The notes beneath the pieces were generated by a model, which worked only from the letters and a program-made list of their open reading frames with translations, did not search any database and was not told where the DNA came from. A program made the translations under genes and the position numbers. Positions 43,675-50,145 of a stretch of 50,145 bases of DNA are shown piece after piece. Numbering within the stretch: the first letter of the stretch is position 1; each line of letters opens with the position of its first letter. The stretch lies in contig JAADVB010000137.1 in NCBI GenBank assembly GCA_023334545.1, positions 1-50,145 of the forward strand, read 5' to 3'. This DNA comes from Salisapilia sapeloensis CBS 127946 (Eukaryota; Protista; Oomycota).

Positions 43675-44298
43675 CTACGCCATCATGGCAACAAAAGCGG
43701 CTACAATAGCCATCGATGGGACCGCTGCCAGTGCAACGGAGCTGTCACTATCGGATCCGGCTGAAGCGTCTTCGTCAGCGCCATTCTCGGAGCTATCCGA
43801 ACTCTTCTCAGAGTCATCATGGTCATGATCATGGTCGTGATCATGGTCGTGATCGTGATCGTCGTGGTCATGGTCATGATCATGGTCATGATCGTGATCG
43901 TCGTGGTCATGGTCATGTTCATGGTCATGATCGTGGCTGCCAGCCTCTCCTGAAGCAGAGTCTTCCATTCCATGGCAGAGATCATGAAGCTCATGGAATG
44001 GCTGGGCGAGGTCTAGCTGTTGACCATCCACTTCAATAGTACAGTTTTCGGGTGCAGCATCAAGCACATCATGGACAATATCCGTGCATTCTTCAGATGA
44101 GCAGAACGATTCCAAAAGCTCGCCAGCGTTCTCAAGAAGGTCATTAACGCTTTCGACTGAAGAGCTGCCGTCGTTAAAACACGAAGTGACGGATTCCGCA
44201 TCCTCTACGGCTTTTTTAAGCGCGTCTTTTTGCTCTTCCGTGCACTCTTGAGCGTAGGCAGTAGCAAAAAGAGCAGCGATAAAGACGGTCTTGATCAT
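43675..44298 (-). CDS. Secreted, probably GPI-anchored elicitin-like (ELL) protein with a His-Asp repeat tract, 207 aa
   Basis: Signal peptide MIKTVFIAALFATAYA. Six Cys spaced C-x20-C-x25-C-x4-C-x14-C-x21-C (elicitin pattern). Ser/Asp-rich stalk and hydrophobic C-terminus VALAAVPSMAIVAAFVAMMA. Confidence 0.8.
   Translation of the reverse strand: MIKTVFIAALFATAYAQECTEEQKDALKKAVEDAESVTSCFNDGSSSVESVNDLLENAGELLESFCSSEECTDIVHDVLDAAPENCTIEVDGQQLDLAQPFHELHDLCHGMEDSASGEAGSHDHDHEHDHDHDDHDHDHDHDHDHDDHDHDHDHDHDHDHDDSEKSSDSSENGADEDASAGSDSDSSVALAAVPSMAIVAAFVAMMA
43813..43935 (-). repeat. Coding tandem repeat, ~3 copies of a 39-nt unit, encoding (HD)n
   Basis: Encodes HDHDHEHDHDHDD-HDHDHDHDHDHDD-HDHDHDHDHDHDHDD: 41 codons, 19 His. 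Confidence 0.95.
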
Positions 44299-44651
44299 AG
44301 TGATTGTCGAATGGACGAATGGAAACTTGGACTTGAGGGGTAGAAGGCGAGATGATGAATGAAGTGGTTGGGAGCGAGTCGATGATCGGAAAGGAATCCG
44401 ACGACGACATGTGAGTGACACAGATAGGGAAATAAAAGTAGAGTACCACTATACATTTTAGAGGGAAATTAATCAGAATTAATATGAATTAGTCAATTAG
44501 AGACAGGTGTCTCCGTCTTCGGAATAGGACGGTGGGATTTGCAGTGGATGAGTGTTTTGCCCAGTTGCAACCATTGACGCTTTCGACGTGACACTCTATC
44601 AGCACTCTTGGCCTCTGTACACCCTCGTCGTCGTCGGAATGAAAATCGGTG

Positions 44652-44699
44652 GCCTCTCGTTAGTGACATCTCAAATGAGCCTCTCGATAGTGACATCTC
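44652..44699. repeat. 21-nt direct repeat (1 mismatch, 27-nt period) in the divergent ELL/IFT122 intergenic region
   Basis: gcctctcgttagtgacatctc at 44652-44672 and gcctctcgatagtgacatctc at 44679-44699. Confidence 0.85.
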
Positions 44700-44987
44700 G
44701 ATTGAACTAGCGTAGCGTGCAGTATGACACAGATGATGTAGATGTCCCATCCACCTGCGTTCATAGATGGTTTCTTCATTTGCAGCCAATTGATTCAATA
44801 TCGATTATTATACGAAGATAAAATGATGTAAAGGTACATTGGCGTTTCATTCTGCGTGTCCTCTACCAGTGGTCGCGAGTTTGTTCATTCATCCGACGCA
44901 TAAAGCTTTATTCGTCTTTAGCGGTTCTCTCCGGTTGTGATTGTTCAGCAGGATTCCTTCGGGTCAGCCTAGTACGATCGACTAACA

Positions 44988-47900
44988 ATGAGAAGTGTCT
45001 TGTCCTGGTCCGACCGAATTCCCGAGCATAATGGGGAGACGTACGTTGTGCAGGACTTGACATTTAGTCCGGACGGAAGTCAACTTGTGGTTGCTGTTGG
45101 CACAAGGGTGCTTGTATACGACGCGGTAGATGGTACTTTACTGCATTCCTTGAAAGGGCACAAAGGGATTGTGTATACCGTCAGCTATCAACATGACGGT
45201 AAACGGTTTGCGTCTGGTGGAGCGGATAACATCGTCATCATTTGGACTGACAAGGCCGAAGGTATCCTTAAGTACACGCACAACGACAGTATCCAAAAGC
45301 TGGTGTATAATCCAGCTACACAGTGTCTGGCAAGCTGTACGGCTACGGATTTCGGATTGTGGGCTCCTGAACAAAAGTCCGTTGCAAAGCATAAAGTCAC
45401 ATCCAAGATTCTAACAGCAAGCTGGACAAACGATGGTCAGCTTATCGCTCTTGGTCTTTTGGACGGCCAAGTCACGATTCGAGACCGACAGGGAAATGAA
45501 AAGCAGCTACTCGAGAGAGGTGGGCCTGTGTGGGCCTTAAGCTGGAGTCTGTCTGCAAATGAGAATGCGGACGTCTTGACGATCGGTAGCTGGGATAAAA
45601 CCCTGTCAATGTATGGCTCGAATGGAGCCATGGTCGGGAAACCGCGTAAACTGGCGTTCAATCCAACCTGCATCCAGCACTACAGCAAAGGAAAGTATCT
45701 GCTTGTCACTGGTTCTAATCGCAAGGCTGCACTGTACTCGCGAGATGGCATCCAGCTTTCCGTCATCTGTGAACTAGATAATTGGATTTGGACGATTGCT
45801 GCTCGGCCGAAAACTAACTTTGTGGCCGTCGGATGTGAAGACAGTTCCATTAGTGTCTACTGTCTCGTATTTGGTACCGTGCACGGCATCTACCAAGAAC
45901 GATACACGTACCGAGAAAACTTGACAGACGTCATCGTCCAGCATCTTATGACGGAGCAAAAGGTCCGTATCAAGACACGAGACTACGTTAAAAAACTAAG
46001 TGTTTATCGAGATCGACTTGCTGTCCAAGTGTCCGACCGTATCCTTATCTACGAGCTTACCGGTGACCAGAGCTACGATATGCGATACCGAACGAAAGAG
46101 CGTATTCAAAAGAAACTCCCATGTAACTTGCTCGTTGTCACAAGCTGTCACTTTATCCTGTGCCAAAAGCAAAAGCTGCAACAATATGACTTTACGGGTA
46201 AAATGGAGCGTGAGTGGATCTTGAACGCATTGATTCGGTACATTAAAGTCACGGGAGGTGCTCGTGGACAGGAGGGACTTCTTGTCGGTCTCAAAGATGG
46301 TTCTGTCTGGCAAATCTTCATCAACAATCCATTCCCAGTGCTTTTGCTTCAACTCAGCAGTCCCATCCTTTGCCTCGATATTAGCGCTAATAGAGAGAAG
46401 CTCGCAGTTGTGGACGATACTCAAAAATGTAGTGTCTATAACGTCGCGACGAAAGCATTGCTGTATGAAGAGCTAGGAGCGAACAGCGTGGCTTGGAACA
46501 CCGAGTTTGAAGATATGCTGTGCTTTGCTGGAAATGGATTTTTAAAGGTGAAGACTGGTCTGTTTCCAGTGCATTCACAAAGGATGCAAGGCTTTGTCGT
46601 TGGTTTCACAGGCTCCAAAGTCTTCTGCCTGCACTCGCAAACAGTGCAGACGATCGATGTACCTCAATCTGCGCCGTTGTATCGGTACATTGATCAGAAA
46701 GACTTTGGTCAGGCGTATCGCGTCTCTTGTTTAGGCGTGACACAAGCAGATTGGAAACTTCTTGCATGGGAGGCGCTCAAGCATTTAGACTTTGACACTG
46801 CCCATCGCGCTTTTGCTCGTGTTCGAGACGTTCGCAGCATTGAAATTGCATCAAGTCTACAGCAATCTCACAAGCAGCTTTTGATTGCTTCGAAAGACAG
46901 CGGTGAGCAAAATAAACTCTCTCGTCGAATGACCCAGGCGGAGGTACTAGCGTTCCAGGGTCGTTTTCAACTCGCTGCCAAACTGTTTGCGGATTGCAAC
47001 GAACCTCAGAAAGCAATTCAAATGTTCGCAGACCTACGTATGTGGGAGGAAGCGAAGAAGTTTGCTGCACAGACGCAAAAGATAGACATCCAGCAACTCG
47101 TAAAGGACCAGGCAAAGCGTGCTGAAGAAGTGCAGGACTGGCGAGCAGCTGCTGAGATGCACATTGCAAGTGGAAATACGCTTCGTGCCGTCGAAATTAT
47201 GGGGGAAAGAGGTTGGTTTGATGACCTGGCAGATCTTGTAAGTAAGACAGACAGCTCGGAACGTGCTTTATTGTCATTGTGTGGCAAGTACTTTACGGAA
47301 GCAGACAAGTTCGTACAAGCTCGAGACGTGTTCCTCAAAGTTGGTGACTTTGAAGCTCTTGTTCGAATGCACTTGCGTCTTGAGGAGTGGGAAGCCGCTG
47401 TCCGTGTTGCTCAATCGCACCGGAATGAAGTCACTAACGTGGAAGAGGTGTATCTGCCGTATGCGGAATGGTTAGCTGGGCAAGACAGATTCGAAGAAGC
47501 CCTGGAGGCATATGCATCGGCGAGGAGGCCGGACCATTGTGCAGAGCTGCTGAAGAAGATGATCCAGAGCGCTGTGATCGAGCATCGTTTCCAAGATGCA
47601 TCCTACTACCACTTGCAGCGCTGCAACCAGCTCCTGAGTACTTGCACGAAGACTGAAGATAGTGACAATAAAGATGATGCGGAAACACAGCGCTTCCAAC
47701 TGGAGGAGGCGTTTGAAAGCGAGCGCATGTCAGAGCTATACTATGCTTATGCGCTCATCTACTCTTACACGGATGAGCCGTTCACAACGTTACTTCCAGA
47801 GCCTCTGTTCCACACTGCTCGCTTCCTTGTGAACCAGATAGCGCAGATGAGTTACAAGTCACCACCGGGTATCTCGCTGGCCAGTGTCTACTTTACGCTA

Positions 47901-48722
47901 GGTCACCACGCCATTCAGCTCGAATCGTTTAAACTTGCCCGACAAGCTTTTGACAAACTACTTCAGATGAAAATAAAGCCAGAATGGAGCAAGCAGGTAG
48001 AGCTGATGGCAATAACACTACAGTCGAAGCCCTATTCTGATAAAGAGGAGCTACTACCGGTCGACTATCGCTCCTCTGCTGTTAATCCGCTATTGAATCC
48101 GAATGCCACTGGTGATGTGAGCGTAACGTCCGGGCATCCGTTCATACGATCCTTTATCTCATTCGAAAACCTTCCGCTTGTCGAGTTTCAGCCTGCAGAA
48201 GGCATTTCGGATGTAGAAGCTGAAAAAATGCTCGCAGTGCATCCAAATACTAATTCCTCTAGTGAAGGATACGGTGGTAAAGGATGGAGAGAGAGTGACG
48301 AGGGTGGGACGCAGACACTTCGACTAGGTGATGATGACGATGACGGAAAGGAATCTGACGATCGGCAAGAGAGTAGACCTAAAAGTGGACGCGAACTCTT
48401 TGATATTGCATTGAACAAGCAAGCGCATTACGGTGCCAGCACTGGTCATCGCTCTTTCGTACCAGAGTACAAGGTCCTTCAGCTCGATGCCCTCACACTG
48501 GAAGCGCTTCATCCGACCGAGGTGTTTGTGGTGAAATATCCAGGATCGGCCATTCGGAACAAATACTACAAAAACGTCATCCCGGAAATCCGTATACACT
48601 ATTCTCGCCACTGTCGACGATTTTTCCATGAAGAGGACTTTGAAATGGCATATCTGAGACTTGGGCAGTGTCCTTGCTGTCATGACAAGGAAATGGAGTA
48701 CGATGAGGATAAAGAAGCTTAA
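44988..48722 (+). CDS. IFT122: Intraflagellar transport protein 122 (IFT-A, WDR10), 1244 aa
   Basis: N-terminal WD40s (LKGHKGIVYTVSY..GKRFASGGADNIVIIW, EGILKYTHNDSIQ), TVHGIYQERYTYRENLTDVI, ANSVAWN, TPR/alpha-solenoid with AIQMFADLRMW, and C-terminal FFHEEDFE..CPCC. Confidence 0.96.
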   Translation: MRSVLSWSDRIPEHNGETYVVQDLTFSPDGSQLVVAVGTRVLVYDAVDGTLLHSLKGHKGIVYTVSYQHDGKRFASGGADNIVIIWTDKAEGILKYTHNDSIQKLVYNPATQCLASCTATDFGLWAPEQKSVAKHKVTSKILTASWTNDGQLIALGLLDGQVTIRDRQGNEKQLLERGGPVWALSWSLSANENADVLTIGSWDKTLSMYGSNGAMVGKPRKLAFNPTCIQHYSKGKYLLVTGSNRKAALYSRDGIQLSVICELDNWIWTIAARPKTNFVAVGCEDSSISVYCLVFGTVHGIYQERYTYRENLTDVIVQHLMTEQKVRIKTRDYVKKLSVYRDRLAVQVSDRILIYELTGDQSYDMRYRTKERIQKKLPCNLLVVTSCHFILCQKQKLQQYDFTGKMEREWILNALIRYIKVTGGARGQEGLLVGLKDGSVWQIFINNPFPVLLLQLSSPILCLDISANREKLAVVDDTQKCSVYNVATKALLYEELGANSVAWNTEFEDMLCFAGNGFLKVKTGLFPVHSQRMQGFVVGFTGSKVFCLHSQTVQTIDVPQSAPLYRYIDQKDFGQAYRVSCLGVTQADWKLLAWEALKHLDFDTAHRAFARVRDVRSIEIASSLQQSHKQLLIASKDSGEQNKLSRRMTQAEVLAFQGRFQLAAKLFADCNEPQKAIQMFADLRMWEEAKKFAAQTQKIDIQQLVKDQAKRAEEVQDWRAAAEMHIASGNTLRAVEIMGERGWFDDLADLVSKTDSSERALLSLCGKYFTEADKFVQARDVFLKVGDFEALVRMHLRLEEWEAAVRVAQSHRNEVTNVEEVYLPYAEWLAGQDRFEEALEAYASARRPDHCAELLKKMIQSAVIEHRFQDASYYHLQRCNQLLSTCTKTEDSDNKDDAETQRFQLEEAFESERMSELYYAYALIYSYTDEPFTTLLPEPLFHTARFLVNQIAQMSYKSPPGISLASVYFTLGHHAIQLESFKLARQAFDKLLQMKIKPEWSKQVELMAITLQSKPYSDKEELLPVDYRSSAVNPLLNPNATGDVSVTSGHPFIRSFISFENLPLVEFQPAEGISDVEAEKMLAVHPNTNSSSEGYGGKGWRESDEGGTQTLRLGDDDDDGKESDDRQESRPKSGRELFDIALNKQAHYGASTGHRSFVPEYKVLQLDALTLEALHPTEVFVVKYPGSAIRNKYYKNVIPEIRIHYSRHCRRFFHEEDFEMAYLRLGQCPCCHDKEMEYDEDKEA

Positions 48723-49299
48723 CGAGAATATACAGTATTGACAAAGAGCATTCGTCAATTTATCATAGCTGCGTTTGCCTTTCAGTTTGAAGGCAGTATC
48801 TCTAGACTCTAAGATGTTCACCAACGTAAATCGCTGCTCATAAAGTTATACTTAGTACGAGTAACGCGATCGAATGCACAAAGACAGCATAATCGAGTAC
48901 GTTATAGTACTGTGTGGCTGATTAAATCCATCTTCCACAGGTTTGTGCGAGCTGTCGATAACCGTCCTGGCCTGTCTTTCTTCGATTACACGATTGTAGA
49001 ATGAAAAGTGATATTATAAGATACGTTTGACACTAGAGGCTATCTTGACAGTTCATCTAAAGTTGATGAGAATAAAAGAGGATTGCCATATCAGCATGAC
49101 GATAAATAGCTAGGACCAGTTCTGGTAGGGTCATTTGTGACCTTATGTACTTATACCTCTCGTCGTATACGAAAAAGATAAAATAATTTCTTTTCTTTTG
49201 CTAGTGGTCCATATTTATGACGCGTATACAAAGTCCAAGTGAACATATCGCGCAGCTACAATCGCTCATCCAGACCACAAATAACATCGCAAGAGTACC

Positions 49300-49554
49300 A
49301 TGTTCGCCCGTAAAGTTTCTCAGCAGATCTCGAACAAGAGCGGCCGCCGCGGCATCTCCTTCCTCGTGAACAAGCCTAGCCATGTGAAGGAGAACCAGGA
49401 GATTTTCCTCTCCCGACCGGACCCCACCTACGTCAAGAAGAGCTCCGACCGTAGCGTCTACTACGCGCTCTGGACCGTCTTCGGCCTTGGAGTTGCTGGC
49501 TCTCTCCGCGGTGAAGTTAACATGTCCACGGGCACTGGTAAGAAGGAGGAATAA
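49300..49554 (+). CDS. Small mitochondrial inner-membrane protein, probably cytochrome c oxidase subunit VIIa-like, 84 aa
   Basis: Presequence MFARKVSQQISNKSGRRGIS, then NKPSHVKENQEIF..PTYVK..D..VY and one TM; strongly biased codon usage. Confidence 0.6.
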   Translation: MFARKVSQQISNKSGRRGISFLVNKPSHVKENQEIFLSRPDPTYVKKSSDRSVYYALWTVFGLGVAGSLRGEVNMSTGTGKKEE

Positions 49555-50011
49555 GGTGGATCTAAGGAATCCGCATTCTCAGCTGGACCACCGTACTTTA
49601 TCGATTTAAATTCGACGCAGTACCATCAAGGCTACAGCGAAATATACGAATTGAACCGGTACTCTTGTTTACGTTCCGTCTCTTACATGGAAACGTATTC
49701 TGTCTTTGTCCGCCCAAAGCTCTATCCACCCCTGTCTTTTCATATATTTCATTCTCTGAACACTGCCTAGCAACCTTATAGACCCATCCCTTTTGCTGTA
49801 GATCTCTTTGTCTTCAGTCTTCTTATGCTATATGTACATGCATTGTATGTGCCTGCCTTGGAATGCTCGAACGATAAAGTAGATCGGAGTACTGGTCCTT
49901 TGGCGGTCTGTCAACCCTCTCTATAAGCGCATGTGGTCATTTAGAGCACACTAAACGCCAACCGAAGACGATCAAGCTGCTGCCAGTGCTCCACCACCTT
50001 CATAGGACACT

Positions 50012-50145
50012 ATGAGCTCAGAAGCCAACCGCGTAAGCTTTGATGAGCTCTTTCGTCGCTCCGTCAACCTTGTCAATGCGTCCTTGCCACCGAGTTCGAG
50101 TGCTTTCCAGAAAGAGCTGGCGACGACGGTGGCTCAGCTTCGACA
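50012..50145 (+). CDS. 5' start of a gene running off the window, possibly TAP42/IGBP1-like
   Basis: MSSEANRVSFDELFRRSVNLVNASLPPSSSAFQKELATTVAQLR is open to the edge; helical pattern loosely resembles the TAP42/alpha4 N-terminus. Only ~44 codons visible. Confidence 0.35.
   Translation, partial: MSSEANRVSFDELFRRSVNLVNASLPPSSSAFQKELATTVAQLR

Noticed and set aside
43813-43935. CRISPR-like or non-coding repeat array
   Set aside because: No unique spacers, and it is an in-frame coding HD repeat in a eukaryotic gene.
44553-44571. RFX X-box-like palindrome (GTTGCAAC) upstream of IFT122
   Set aside because: Poor match to the full X-box consensus, and RFX control of ciliary genes is an animal feature not established for oomycetes.
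8879-48824. Many 60-200-aa track ORFs antisense or off-frame to real genes (e.g. 8935-9231, 13489-13773, 22939-23553, 27797-28540, 35662-36246, 45996-46424, 48324-48824)
   Set aside because: Shadow ORFs of long coding regions, with no recognisable motifs and often non-ATG starts.

Overview
Eukaryotic nuclear DNA, gene-dense, with short GT-AG introns (mostly 51-72 nt). It is most consistent with an oomycete genome: it has an elicitin-like gene, BT1/FBT and START-FYVE family members, a TKL kinase and IFT122. I reconstructed about 21 protein-coding genes by hand (two truncated at the window edges) and one pseudogene. I found no rRNA, tRNA, CRISPR array or recognisable transposon. The strongest unusual signal is a spliced ~1508-aa gene (18500-23363) that appears to fuse a kinesin-4 motor to an essentially complete PRC1/Ase1/MAP65 antiparallel microtubule cross-linker; in animals and plants these are separate interacting partners. 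Other notable items: a GPI-type elicitin-like protein with a 41-residue His-Asp tract; two paralogous receptor-like proteins with an unnamed ~14-Cys module, each next to a CTL/PNS1 transporter paralogue; a plant-type quinolinate synthase with a mitochondrial-like presequence; an ADH with a Cys-rich N-terminal insert; a membrane pseudokinase; and a START-FYVE pseudogene whose premature stops are all TGA. All family assignments come from motif recognition from memory, not database searches.
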